Source of the DNA: a virus | Virus record (IMG/VR): IMGVR_UViG_3300027997_000002 | DNA length: 64,000 nt | Strand: one strand, 5' to 3' | Shown here: positions 17,503-26,527 of the stretch, one piece after another | Numbering within the stretch: position 1 is the first letter of the stretch | How the letters are laid out: the number at the start of each line of letters is the position of its first letter | Notes under the pieces: model-generated | Databases searched by the model: none | The model's input: only the letters and a program-made list of their open reading frames with translations | Told to the model about the DNA's origin: nothing | Program-made: the position numbers and the translations under genes

Positions 17503-17760
17503 TCACCCGGCGTCGAACGAGCTGCAGACAACGCCGCGCTGGAGGCCAGACTTGGCCTCTCCGAGGTACTCGACCGCGACGTCCGTCGCGTCGGCCCACG
17601 TTGACGTGGCGTTGCCGTCCCAGGAGCGCGGTCCCATCGGACAGAAGCTGTTCGACGGGTGGATGATGCGAGCGTCGTCCTCGTCCTCCGCAGCGACGAT
17701 GGCCGAGTCGAACGTGTCGTAGCCTGTCACCGCCTTTTGCGAGATCTTGTAGAGCTTCAT
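17503..17760 (-). CDS. Conserved small phage protein
   Basis: MKLYKISQ...GYDTFDSAIVAAEDEDDARIIHP. Confidence 0.65.
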   Translation of the reverse strand: MKLYKISQKAVTGYDTFDSAIVAAEDEDDARIIHPSNSFCPMGPRSWDGNATSTWADATDVAVEYLGEAKSGLQRGVVCSSFDAG

Positions 17761-17878
17761 GGTCTTCTCCCGAAGAAAGTGGGACCCCTGTAAGGCCGGG
17801 CCCCCCTGCGCCTTCGACCTATTGGCATGCGGATTTCCCGGAATGGACGTACCAGCCACCGCACGCGCGGGTCGAACT

Positions 17879-18169
17879 CTAGCCCTTCTTCTTCTTGGTT
17901 ATCCGCTTCTCCAGCAGCGTGATGCGGTGTTGCAGCTTCTTGATCTTCTCCTGATCTTCCTCGCGCTGCGTCACCATCGCGGCCCAAAGCAGCATCCAGT
18001 CGGGGCCGACCTTGTTGCCGGAGCTGATCTGTTGCTCGAGCCAACGCGCGAGTTGGGGGTAGGTGTACGGGAACTGCATCACCAGGCCGGCGAACTCGAA
18101 CTTGTGCAGCTTCTCCCCGATGATGGGGATACCGGCCGGTTGAACGTCGTGGGTATGGTCGTGGGCCAT
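17879..18169 (-). CDS. Hypothetical protein with C-terminal coiled coil
   Basis: TGATG coupling to alkB. Confidence 0.55.
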   Translation of the reverse strand: MAHDHTHDVQPAGIPIIGEKLHKFEFAGLVMQFPYTYPQLARWLEQQISSGNKVGPDWMLLWAAMVTQREEDQEKIKKLQHRITLLEKRITKKKKG

Positions 18170-18981
18170 CAGGTGACCTTCCGGATCGTGAGGTTGAGCC
18201 GCCCAGGCTTCGGCAGCGGCGAGGTGATCGCAGGGAGGATGCGGTGGACAGCGTGGTACCAGTTGCGCGACGGCGGCGCCATGACGCAGACGTCCCCGGA
18301 TTGGAGGATCCACTTGTGCGCAGGGTCGTCCCGCTCAGGTCCCGCCATGTGGAACTCGGCGTCGTCACCGAGCGAGATCGAGACAATCGGTGCGCTCAGG
18401 TCCTGCTCGCTCTTGTCGACGTGACGGCCGAGCTTGGCGGTGGGTTCGTACCAGTTGATGGCGACGCAGTCGAAGCCGGGCGACGTGATGCCAGCTTGCC
18501 AGCATGCATGGCGACCGATCTCGAGCAGGTCCTTCGGTGCGTCTGGCCATGGACGCTTGGTCGTCGGGTGCTTCTCGGTGTAGCGGTAGCCGCCGTTTTC
18601 ATCGGACCACCAGCCAAGCGGGCCCGCGTTGGTGATCCGCACGGACATGGGCGTACCGTTTGGCATGCGTGGATACACGAGCGGAGCCTCCTTGCAGATG
18701 TCTCGGACGAGCTCGATTGCGCTTTGCTGCTGCTCTTGGTCCAGGAACATCGGCAGATGATGAAACCCCGCCTTGCGCCAGTGGTCGAGCTTGGCCCGGA
18801 CCTCCGGGTCCAAGACGGCCATGTCGAGCGTGGCGTTTCGCAGATCGATCATCATGGTCTCGAGCTTTTCCCTGGTGATCGGGCACACGCAGTCGACCAT
18901 GCCGAGGCCCGCGGCACCGAAGCCATGGGTGCCTTTGCGGTGCGGCTTGTTGCCCTGGTCGCACAGGTAACAGTCGGTCAT
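18169..18981 (-). CDS. alkB: AlkB-family 2OG-Fe(II) dioxygenase with Cys-containing N-terminal extension
   Basis: MSVRITNAGPLGWWSD, INWY...LGRHVD (HxD), SISLG, WYHAV, RLNLTIR. Confidence 0.9.
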   Translation of the reverse strand: MTDCYLCDQGNKPHRKGTHGFGAAGLGMVDCVCPITREKLETMMIDLRNATLDMAVLDPEVRAKLDHWRKAGFHHLPMFLDQEQQQSAIELVRDICKEAPLVYPRMPNGTPMSVRITNAGPLGWWSDENGGYRYTEKHPTTKRPWPDAPKDLLEIGRHACWQAGITSPGFDCVAINWYEPTAKLGRHVDKSEQDLSAPIVSISLGDDAEFHMAGPERDDPAHKWILQSGDVCVMAPPSRNWYHAVHRILPAITSPLPKPGRLNLTIRKVT

Positions 18982-19157
18982 AGCCCGTACTCCTTGAGCT
19001 TGGCGCGTAGCCGCTCGTTCTCCGCCTTCAGCTCCTTGCACTCGTGCTCAAGATCCTCGATCTCGCCCAGGAGACCCGGCCTCTCTGCGTGGGCTTTTTG
19101 AGCGGCACACTCTTCGCAGTACCGCTCGCGTCCGTGCTCGCACGGCGTCCAGCTCAC
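18978..19157 (-). CDS. Small Cys/coiled-coil protein (59 aa, not in ORF track)
   Basis: GTG start, MSWTPCEHGRERYCEEC...LKAENERLRAKL; coupled at both ends. Confidence 0.5.
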   Translation of the reverse strand: MSWTPCEHGRERYCEECAAQKAHAERPGLLGEIEDLEHECKELKAENERLRAKLKEYGL

Positions 19158-19315
19158 GATCGCGACCTCGGACGATTGAGCATCAGCTTCATCTCAAGTC
19201 GCTTGAGCACGACCTGCTCGCGTGAGATCGCGATCCTCTTGATGGTGAGACCTGTGTGGACGACGGCGTAGGCGACGAGCGCCCAGACGAACCACACTGG
19301 GATGACAATGGTCAT
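19154..19315 (-). CDS. Small single-TM protein (53 aa, not in ORF track)
   Basis: MTIVIPVWFVWALVAYAVVH; ATGA/GTGA overlaps. Confidence 0.5.
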   Translation of the reverse strand: MTIVIPVWFVWALVAYAVVHTGLTIKRIAISREQVVLKRLEMKLMLNRPRSRS

Positions 19316-19581
19316 GACGCCACGAGCGGCGCGTCTCCGCCACCCTTGAGGGCGGCCTGGGCTGTGACGTGCGCCTCGATGTCGACGACCACATCGCCGA
19401 GTAGGTCGGTGAGGTGATGCGAGGCCTCGTGGGCTTCCGTGATGCTCGCGTCAACCGTATCTTGCCACCCTTCGATACCACCGGGGGCATCGGGGGTGAG
19501 GGCCATATCGAGCTGCTTCTTGATTTTGTCGGCGTGGTCGCGCGCCTGGGAGAGCTTGACGAGGGCGAGTGCGTATCTCAT
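19312..19581 (-). CDS. Helical hypothetical protein
   Basis: Coupled in operon. Confidence 0.55.
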   Translation of the reverse strand: MRYALALVKLSQARDHADKIKKQLDMALTPDAPGGIEGWQDTVDASITEAHEASHHLTDLLGDVVVDIEAHVTAQAALKGGGDAPLVAS

Positions 19582-20450
19582 TCCGAACCCTCCGCCGCCG
19601 CTGCCGGCTCGGCCTCTGCCTTGGGCTGCCCCATCACGACGGCCAGGTCAGCCTCCAGTGCCTTGACCACCTTCTTCATCTGCTCGGCCGTGATGTCAGC
19701 CGGCCACTTCTCGAGTCCGAGTACCTGCTGCGTCAGCATCCCGCGCTTGGTCTTGAAGTGGGCCTCCTCCGACACGCTGGATACCTGGGCGTGCATGCGC
19801 TTGGCCCACTCGTGCAGCAGGCCACCGAAGACCTCCTTGGCCTTGGTCAGCTCCTTGTCCTCGGGCGCCGGCGCCGGCTCGGCGGTCGTCACGAACGTGT
19901 TCTCGTCCTGGCTGACCTCCTCGGCCGTGACCTCGCCGAAGCCGACCAGGTTGGAGATCGCGCGACCTCGAGCTCGCGTGTGCGCATGCGCTCGGACGTT
20001 GTGGACGGTGGCCTGCTTGGCGCTCTTGACCACGTCGATCATGGGCTGACCGTCCTTGTCGAGCGTGACGGTGGGTTTGCGGTTGTGCCAGGTCTTTTGG
20101 TAGACGAGCTTCTCGCTGCGGAAGCAGGCGCCATCACCGTACGCCTCGCGTCTGCCGCCGACGGCTTTGTAGACCACGCAGTAGCCCCAGTCCTCGCCGT
20201 GGTCCTCACGGCGCTCCTCGACGAGCACACACTCGACGCCCAGGGCGACGGCGACGGCGGCCCAGTACTGCTTTTTGCGAAACGGCTTGCCGTCGAGCGT
20301 GACGAGGCACTGCGGTAGCTCGGCGTCGAGGGCCTTTTGGAGCTTGGCGTACTCCCTGATCTGGGTGATGACGTGGTCGACGGCTCCGGCTTGGATCGTG
20401 GCGACGTTGTCGAGGGAGGTGTCTTCTTTCTTCGCGATTTCGGCGGTCAT
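19578..20450 (-). CDS. Putative ssDNA-annealing recombination protein (Rad52/Red-beta-like)
   Basis: AHTRARGRAISNLVGFGEVTAEE followed by low-complexity linker and helical C-domain; RBS GGAG. Confidence 0.55.
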   Translation of the reverse strand: MTAEIAKKEDTSLDNVATIQAGAVDHVITQIREYAKLQKALDAELPQCLVTLDGKPFRKKQYWAAVAVALGVECVLVEERREDHGEDWGYCVVYKAVGGRREAYGDGACFRSEKLVYQKTWHNRKPTVTLDKDGQPMIDVVKSAKQATVHNVRAHAHTRARGRAISNLVGFGEVTAEEVSQDENTFVTTAEPAPAPEDKELTKAKEVFGGLLHEWAKRMHAQVSSVSEEAHFKTKRGMLTQQVLGLEKWPADITAEQMKKVVKALEADLAVVMGQPKAEAEPAAAAEGSE

Positions 20451-20641
20451 CTTCTCTCCATTCCCTTGCAGTTGGGACATTGCACTCGGTGCAGGTGCGC
20501 AACCTCGAGGAGGGCCTTGTCGAGCACTCGGCACGTCCGAAACTTGTTCGACAGTTCCTTATGCTGGGCTCTGGCCCCGATGTAGAACGAAGCGATCGCG
20601 ATCACGACCGCAGCGACGTACGCTACGAGCACGTTGTCCAT
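20447..20641 (-). CDS. Small single-TM protein with CPNC
   Basis: N-terminal hydrophobic helix. Confidence 0.5.
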   Translation of the reverse strand: MDNVLVAYVAAVVIAIASFYIGARAQHKELSNKFRTCRVLDKALLEVAHLHRVQCPNCKGMERR

Positions 20642-20689
20642 TCCGTCTGAGCAGCGTCGCGCGAGCTGGGGGAGCTGTCAAGCGTGCGC

Positions 20690-21658
20690 CTAGGCGGCCA
20701 CTTTCGCCTTCCAAAACCGCACCTTGGTCTTGACCGATCCGCGACCCCGCGGGCCCGGGTGCGTGATGAAGCCGAGCTGGCCCTTGCGCGCGAGGCCCTT
20801 GCGCTCCAGAGCGCGCAGCGCGTTCGTGACCTGGGCTGAGCTGAGCCCCGACTCCTTGACGAGATCGCCCCCGGCGAGACCTGTGGCGATGCGTCCCTCG
20901 CGGAGCGTATGGTCGCGGTACCGCATGAGGAGACCGAGGACGAGCGCCTCGCGGTCCTCCTTGAGCATCGTCGACTCCCTGGCCTTGCGCTTGCTCTTCT
21001 TCTTGCGCTTCGGGTTTGCGAGTGTCCGGATCCGGCGTGCCTCGTCGCGGATGTCGTCGTCCGTCCATCCGGAGGCTACGGGATCGAGCCGCGCTTGTCC
21101 GAGCTCGCGACGATGACGATTGATAAGGTCGAGGTCGGGCCGCGCAGCAGGCGTCACCTTGCGAGCTGCACTCTTGGTCTTCATCGCATAAAACCATCCG
21201 TTCGGACTACCGTGCGGCTTCCAAGGATCGAGGACATAGAGGCGCCAGTACTTGGAGCCGACCGCATCGGGCACCTTGACGAGCGTGTAGCCGGCGTTGA
21301 GCGCATCCTTGGCCGCGTCAACGTCATCGTAGTCGTCGGGCGCTCCTTCGTCGTCCCGCTGCGGCGTGAAGTCGAGTTCGTCGAAGTTCCCGATGATGCC
21401 GCGTGCCTGAAGCTCCTCGTGGATTGCGTTGTCGTAGCCGGCCTCGACGTTGAAGACGTCCCAAACGCGAGGAACGGGTCTCTCGAGCAGACCACCATCG
21501 ATGACAGTCATGTACTTGGGGGTCGTGCGGTAAAGGTGCATGCGGATACAGTCGCGCCCACGACATCCGCGGAGGATCTCGAAGTCCTTCGCGGCCTCGA
21601 CCCCTCGGCGCGTCCACTTCGGATTCCGGCTCAATCGCGCTCTTCGACTTGTGCCCAT
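20690..21658 (-). CDS. Modular NP-motif protein with C-terminal winged helix
   Basis: MGTSRRARLSRNPKW start, internal LANPKRKKKSKRK linker, wHTH ending. Confidence 0.7.
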   Translation of the reverse strand: MGTSRRARLSRNPKWTRRGVEAAKDFEILRGCRGRDCIRMHLYRTTPKYMTVIDGGLLERPVPRVWDVFNVEAGYDNAIHEELQARGIIGNFDELDFTPQRDDEGAPDDYDDVDAAKDALNAGYTLVKVPDAVGSKYWRLYVLDPWKPHGSPNGWFYAMKTKSAARKVTPAARPDLDLINRHRRELGQARLDPVASGWTDDDIRDEARRIRTLANPKRKKKSKRKARESTMLKEDREALVLGLLMRYRDHTLREGRIATGLAGGDLVKESGLSSAQVTNALRALERKGLARKGQLGFITHPGPRGRGSVKTKVRFWKAKVAA

Positions 21659-22101
21659 AGCTTCCAGATCTTCTCCTCCAGCGTGCCGCCGGCGAGGGGT
21701 ACCGTGCCGAAGTCGCCGCCGTCACCCTCGGTTGCGAGTAAGGCATCGTGAGCGTCGTTGTAGGAGATGCCGTGCTCCTCGTCGTATCCGTCCAGGAGCA
21801 GCTCTCCGCTTTTGTATCGACCGGCGATGTAGCGCAGAGAGTCGAGCTCGGCCTCGGTGAGCGGGAACGAGATCCAACTCTTCTGCAGGTCGTTGACGTG
21901 CCACATCGCGACCTTGAGCGCTTGGTTCTCGGTGCGAAAGTCGTACTCGTCGGCCGGAGCTTCGCGCACGACCTCGTCGCCGTCGTCGAGGACCTTCCAC
22001 CCCCACTTGCCATGCTCGCGGTAGGTCTCGACCGTGTAGTCGGGAGCGTCGGTGGCCGGGAACGACCACTTCGGATTGCGTCTCGATCGAGCCCGAGCCA
22101 T
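21631..22101 (-). CDS. NP-motif protein with YegP-like beta3-alpha module
   Basis: MARARSRRNPKW; GKWGWKVLD...FRTENQALKVA. Confidence 0.7.
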   Translation of the reverse strand: MARARSRRNPKWSFPATDAPDYTVETYREHGKWGWKVLDDGDEVVREAPADEYDFRTENQALKVAMWHVNDLQKSWISFPLTEAELDSLRYIAGRYKSGELLLDGYDEEHGISYNDAHDALLATEGDGGDFGTVPLAGGTLEEKIWKLWAQVEERD

Positions 22102-22221
22102 GCGTCGAGTCTACCGGATCACCCCCGGTTTTGTAGTGGCGCATACAACGAGGTCTCGCCTAACTTCGAGTTTCGCTGGCCAACTACCCACCTCGGCAAA
22201 ATCTCGGCCCGACTCGAGCCC

Positions 22222-22257
22222 AAAAAAAAGCCCCCGGGGGCGAGACCTCCCGGGGGC
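22222..22257 (-). terminator. Intrinsic terminator
   Basis: 9-bp stem GCCCCCGGG/CCCGGGGGC (22230-38/22249-57), 10-nt loop, U8 tail on minus strand. Confidence 0.85.
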
Positions 22258-22311
22258 CGTTTCCTCTCGCTTCGATCAGGTCGGCAGTTTCCTAGTCCCG
22301 CCGACCCGCGC

Positions 22312-22518
22312 TCACCGTACCACGGCAGTGCGTCCGCGTGCGTTGATCTTGACGTCGACCGCGATCACCTTGCAGCCCTGGTCGTTGCAGTCGAATACGC
22401 GCTTGGCCTGGACATAGCCGAGGCGCACGAGTCCGTAGGCTGTGTTGGCCTTGTTGGTCCGGAACCAGCCGCGAGCTTGCGCGCAGTTGTTCAGGAGACG
22501 CTGCTGTGCTGGGCTCAT
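22312..22518 (-). CDS. Small winged-helix-like protein
   Basis: MSPAQQRLL...LVRLGYV...INARGR. Confidence 0.55.
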   Translation of the reverse strand: MSPAQQRLLNNCAQARGWFRTNKANTAYGLVRLGYVQAKRVFDCNDQGCKVIAVDVKINARGRTAVVR

Positions 22519-22922
22519 CGACGCACCCTCCGGAACCGGATCGGGGCGTGGAGCGTGTGCTCGATCTCTCCGCGCTCGACGAGATCCCACATGGCCTTGG
22601 TCATGTTTGGACCCGCGACGTCGGCCGTGTAGTCGTACAGCGTGACCGAGATATGGTTGAAGGTCTGGGCGCGGCCGTCGGCAAGGTACGCGAGGATCTC
22701 CACCTCAAAGCCGGCCGTCGGTCGTGCGTGCTGCTTCTTCCACTTGGCGATGACGTAGTCCCCTCGACCTGGGCGAGCCGAGCGCTCGGGGTCCCCCATC
22801 GAGCGGATCATGTGCGTGTAGCCCTCGCGTTGATCCCTCGGGACCGGGTAGCCACTAGCCCAGCCGTCGACGTGCTGGGAGTCGAGCGCTGCGATCTCCG
22901 AGCGTGTGTGGTCTGCTCTCAT
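22515..22922 (-). CDS. Hypothetical protein with C-terminal wHTH-like segment
   Basis: EILAYLADGRAQTF...KAMWDLVERGEIE. Confidence 0.55.
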   Translation of the reverse strand: MRADHTRSEIAALDSQHVDGWASGYPVPRDQREGYTHMIRSMGDPERSARPGRGDYVIAKWKKQHARPTAGFEVEILAYLADGRAQTFNHISVTLYDYTADVAGPNMTKAMWDLVERGEIEHTLHAPIRFRRVRR

Positions 22923-23848
22923 TGCTTGCCTTCCATGATGCTGTTGACGTGATCGCGATAGGTCTCGGCGACGCCCTGGTCGTTTTGAGCGTGGTTGCCC
23001 GCCCGGCCACCGGTGGCGCCCTTGGCCTCCTCAGGCGCCCGCCTGGCGGCGTAGCTCCACGCAAGCGAGTCGGAGCTTGCGATGTACGGAGCGGCGTAGC
23101 GCAGCGCCTGTGCGCCCAGGCCGAACGCGTGGAGCCCGAGCCCGCCCTGGACTCCCGCCAACTCGCGAAGGATCTCGACGGGCTCCCGGACGCTCTTGCG
23201 CCGGCAGATGGAGCCGACGCCCACGCGCTGCATGTCGCCAAGGATGACGCCGGCGTCGCGGTACATCTCGACGTGGTGCATGTAGTCGCCAAGCTCCCAG
23301 CCTTGCAGCACGGGCAACCAGTGGACCTCGGGCGCCATCGCGAAGAGCGTCCGGAAGTTGTCGACCGTGCGGCGCTGGTGCTCGGCGATGGTCAGGCCGG
23401 TAGCACGCAGCGCCGTCTCCTCGCACATCCAGTCCTGGATCGACACCCAGCCGATCGTCCCCAGCTCGCGCTGGTACCTCAGGACCTCGTCGACGAACGC
23501 CTCGGGGCTCACGGTCCAGCGTCCGTGCTGGTGCAGCTCGGTGAATCCTCCGCTGTCGACGTAGACGGGGACCGTGGCCTTGGGGTAGGCGGTGATCCGC
23601 CGGCGGATCTGGCGGATGCTCAAAAACAGGGGGCCCTGGGCGTCCCCGGCGAACGCCCAGTGCGGCCGATGGGTCCCGAGGATGAATCCCTCGTCGGACT
23701 CGTCGAGCCACGGGCACGGTCCCCCCTGGTGCTTGCCCCAGCGGTCGTACCAGAGATCGGGGACCTCGGCGCAGTCGGCCGGGTCGTGGACGAGCCCGTG
23801 CTCGTCCTCGAACGCCTCGATCGCTTCGCGTGTATCGTCGCTATGCAT
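22919..23848 (-). CDS. DpdA-like (TGT-fold) 7-deazaguanine DNA transglycosylase
   Basis: LGTHRPHW, DSGGF, QDWMCE, PVLQGW, VGVGSICRR, LHAFG, SSDSLAWS. Confidence 0.75.
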   Translation of the reverse strand: MHSDDTREAIEAFEDEHGLVHDPADCAEVPDLWYDRWGKHQGGPCPWLDESDEGFILGTHRPHWAFAGDAQGPLFLSIRQIRRRITAYPKATVPVYVDSGGFTELHQHGRWTVSPEAFVDEVLRYQRELGTIGWVSIQDWMCEETALRATGLTIAEHQRRTVDNFRTLFAMAPEVHWLPVLQGWELGDYMHHVEMYRDAGVILGDMQRVGVGSICRRKSVREPVEILRELAGVQGGLGLHAFGLGAQALRYAAPYIASSDSLAWSYAARRAPEEAKGATGGRAGNHAQNDQGVAETYRDHVNSIMEGKQ

Positions 23849-24146
23849 GCGTCTGCCTGCGCCGCAGCGTTCCGTGTTTGCGTGCGGCTTCCCACAGTGT
23901 ATGGCGCGAGACCCCGAGCGCGCGAGCTAGCTCCCCGATCGGCATGTCGGAGACACGGACCGCCTCGGCGAGTCGCTTCAGGTTGAACCCGCGGCCCGGT
24001 CGCGGGCCCTTGGGTCGCATCACGCCGGCGCGTGAGACCGCACGCCCCGCGATCGTGGCTGAGCGCCCGCATAGCTCGGCCGCTTGCTGGAGAGTCTTGC
24101 CGCCGGTGTAGAGCCGGACGATCTCCGCGTGGACTTCCGCGCTCAC
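23841..24146 (-). CDS. Tandem HTH DNA-binding protein
   Basis: LYTGGKTLQQAAELCGRS and IGELARALGVSRHTLW; GTGA overlap with sigma gene. Confidence 0.7.
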   Translation of the reverse strand: MSAEVHAEIVRLYTGGKTLQQAAELCGRSATIAGRAVSRAGVMRPKGPRPGRGFNLKRLAEAVRVSDMPIGELARALGVSRHTLWEAARKHGTLRRRQTHA

Positions 24147-24664
24147 GCGTCCGCTCCCACGGTCTCGCGCAGGCCGGCCACGACATCCGTGCGCCAGCGT
24201 GACGCCGTCGCGATGCTCACGCCCCGGCGCTCTGCCAGCTTGGAGATCCCCCCGTACTCGTACGACGTGACCAGGTCGCGCCAGGCCTTCCCGGTTGCCA
24301 AGCTGGCGACGCCGAGATCGTGCGCCAGCTCGAACACTTCGTCGGCGCGCCTGGGGTCGACGATCCGCTCGGTGTCGCGCTCGTCCTTGATCAACCGCTC
24401 GGAGTTGCGCCCGGCTCGCGTGCCCGTGATGCCGCGCCGGTGGTCTCGCATGGCGCCGTCGATCCGCCGGGCCGCGAATGCCCACAGCGTGACGCCCCGG
24501 TTCGGCTCGAACCGTGTGCGCGCCTCGGCGAGCGCGAGGAGCCCGACGGCTGCCAGCTCGCGGGAGTCGGCGCCGATGTCGGTCCAGCGCTGGGCATGGT
24601 GGTACGCGAGCCGCTCGACGCGGCGCACGTGCCATGGGTGAACAGTCCTGCTCATGGTCGTCAT
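24143..24664 (-). CDS. Minimal sigma-70-family (FliA-like) sigma factor
   Basis: Region 2 ELAAVGLLALAEARTRFEPNRGVTLWAFAARRIDGAMRDHRR; region 4 ISKLAERRGVSIATASRW. Confidence 0.8.
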   Translation of the reverse strand: MTTMSRTVHPWHVRRVERLAYHHAQRWTDIGADSRELAAVGLLALAEARTRFEPNRGVTLWAFAARRIDGAMRDHRRGITGTRAGRNSERLIKDERDTERIVDPRRADEVFELAHDLGVASLATGKAWRDLVTSYEYGGISKLAERRGVSIATASRWRTDVVAGLRETVGADA

Positions 24665-24667
24665 GGG

Positions 24668-24721
24668 TTCCATCCTTCTTGCAGCGTCATGCCGCACGCT
24701 GAGGGCTCGCACGGTGCGTCC
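24668..24721 (-). promoter_or_regulatory. Conserved leader module, copy 1 (sigma gene)
   Basis: GGACGCACCG...GGCATGACGCTGCAAGAAGGATGGAA before ATG. Confidence 0.75.
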
Positions 24722-24735
24722 CCCAGCGGGCGCCG

Positions 24736-25092
24736 TCACGCTCCCGCGTCCCCCTCCGCCATCGCCACGACGCCGCACGGGGCGTCGTCCCCCACGATCT
24801 CGAAGGGCTCGACTAGGTCGGCCATCATGGACAGCGCCAGCGCTACCTCGCGCATGTAGTCGTCGTCTGGCATGCGTGCGGCGCCCGTCAGCCAGACGCC
24901 CAGGTCGTACGACGCGAACCGGATCGCCTCGTCGTCGTCGACCAGCACGCCGCAGTTGTCGCAACGTTGGATCTCCAGGCCGCGCTCGCCGGAGTCGCAC
25001 GGCATGTAGCCCAGGCGGTGACACTCGTCGCACGCATCCTCGCGCCGTTGCATGGGGATGCCGACGGCGGTCGGTTGCTTCGCCTTGGCCAT
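24736..25092 (-). CDS. Zn-finger protein
   Basis: CDEC...CDNC. Confidence 0.55.
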   Translation of the reverse strand: MAKAKQPTAVGIPMQRREDACDECHRLGYMPCDSGERGLEIQRCDNCGVLVDDDEAIRFASYDLGVWLTGAARMPDDDYMREVALALSMMADLVEPFEIVGDDAPCGVVAMAEGDAGA

Positions 25093-26018
25093 CACATCGC
25101 CTCCCGTACCTGCGTGGCGATCCACTCGCCCACGGCCGGCGGCACCGCATTGCCGAGCCCGCACACGACGTCGCCCCGCGTGGCGTCGTCTGGCCAGCCG
25201 TAGCTATCCGGGAAGCCCATCGCCCTGGCGTTCTCGCGGAGCGTCAGGGGCCGGTACATGCGACCACGCACGACGGCCCATTGATCCTTGGTGGTGATGG
25301 TCCGGATCGGTTCGTCGAGCCCGACGCCTGGGTGGTTGCTGACGTGCTGCGTGATGAAGCGGTCGCCATGGCGCTTGCGTCCGTTGGCGATCCGTCGACG
25401 CACGGCAGCCGACGCTCCGGTGATGGGGCGCCAGTTGCCAGCGCGCCAATCGATGCACGGCCCGAAGGCGGGCTCACGGCCGCGTGGAGCCTCGACCCGC
25501 AAGGCGCCCCGGTCACGCAGCCCGACAATGAACAGCCGCCTGCGGCGCTGTGGCACGCCCAGGCGGGACGCTGTGACCACATGCTCGGAAAGCGAGTAGC
25601 CCAGATACTGCAGGCAATCGCGCCACTGTGGATAGAGACGCCAGCGTCGGAAGGCTGGCACGTTCTCCACGACGATCGCCCTGGGCTCGGTCACGTCCAC
25701 GCAGTCGACGATCGCCCAGGCGGTTGCACGCAGCGCGTCGTGCTTGCGTCGCGTCCGTCCGCTCGCGGCCCGGCTCGGCTGTGCCGCGCTGCTGTGGCCC
25801 TGGCACGCTGGCGCGGCCAGTAGCAGATCGTACTCGGGCAGCGTCGCCCAGTCGCACTGCCGCAGATCCTGGCACGCATGCGTGGTCCGGGGATGGTTCT
25901 GAGCGTGAGCCTCGACCGCGAACGGCCAGTGGTTGGCGGCCCACGCAACCCGGCAGCCCGCACGCTCGGCGCCGAGCGTGAAGCCACCGAGCCCCGCGAA
26001 CAAGTCGACGGCGATCAC
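25092..26018 (-). CDS. dcm: DNA (cytosine-5)-methyltransferase
   Basis: DLFAGLGG (I), APACQGHS (IV, PC variant), ENV (VI), QRRRRLF (VIII), LGNAVPP (X). Confidence 0.92.
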   Translation of the reverse strand: MIAVDLFAGLGGFTLGAERAGCRVAWAANHWPFAVEAHAQNHPRTTHACQDLRQCDWATLPEYDLLLAAPACQGHSSAAQPSRAASGRTRRKHDALRATAWAIVDCVDVTEPRAIVVENVPAFRRWRLYPQWRDCLQYLGYSLSEHVVTASRLGVPQRRRRLFIVGLRDRGALRVEAPRGREPAFGPCIDWRAGNWRPITGASAAVRRRIANGRKRHGDRFITQHVSNHPGVGLDEPIRTITTKDQWAVVRGRMYRPLTLRENARAMGFPDSYGWPDDATRGDVVCGLGNAVPPAVGEWIATQVREAM

Positions 26019-26446
26019 GACAGGGCCTCGGGATCGATCTCGGTGTGATGTTCGTCCGTGAGCGTCGAGCGTCCGTCTAGCTCGCATAGGGCGTCCGATA
26101 CCTCGTGAGCCCAGCACGTGATGCTGTGGATCTGGCGCTTGCGTGCTGTGCTGAACACAAGGCCCAGCGTGGTGGCAAGGTGGATCAGAGCGTCGCGGTC
26201 CGCTTGCTCCGACTGTGCGAGCCGGCCCAGCGGTACGGCGATTGTGTCGACGGGCTCGGCGGGACCGTGCAAGCCGTCAGGGTCGCACGCAAGGCAACGG
26301 CAAACGCCGCTGTACAGGCTGCGGCGTGCAGCGTTCAGCGTGCATTCACCACAGCGGCAGATGTGGCCGTACGTGTGCCAGCGTTCGGCGCTCCAATCCT
26401 TCGCGGCGATCGGCGGCGTTGTGTTGCCAAATGGGTCGTGTGCCAT
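26015..26446 (-). CDS. Cys-rich hypothetical protein
   Basis: CRCGEC...CRCLAC. Confidence 0.55.
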   Translation of the reverse strand: MAHDPFGNTTPPIAAKDWSAERWHTYGHICRCGECTLNAARRSLYSGVCRCLACDPDGLHGPAEPVDTIAVPLGRLAQSEQADRDALIHLATTLGLVFSTARKRQIHSITCWAHEVSDALCELDGRSTLTDEHHTEIDPEALS

Positions 26447-26455
26447 GCCTCCGTG

Positions 26456-26507
26456 TCCATCCTTCTGCAGCGTCATGCTGCCACCTGCCGGCTCGCGCGG
26501 TGCGTCC
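26456..26507 (-). promoter_or_regulatory. Conserved leader module, copy 2
   Basis: GGACGCACCG...GCAGCATGACGCTGCAGAAGGATGGA. Confidence 0.75.
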
Positions 26508-26527
26508 GGCAGGGGGCGGCGTGGCGC

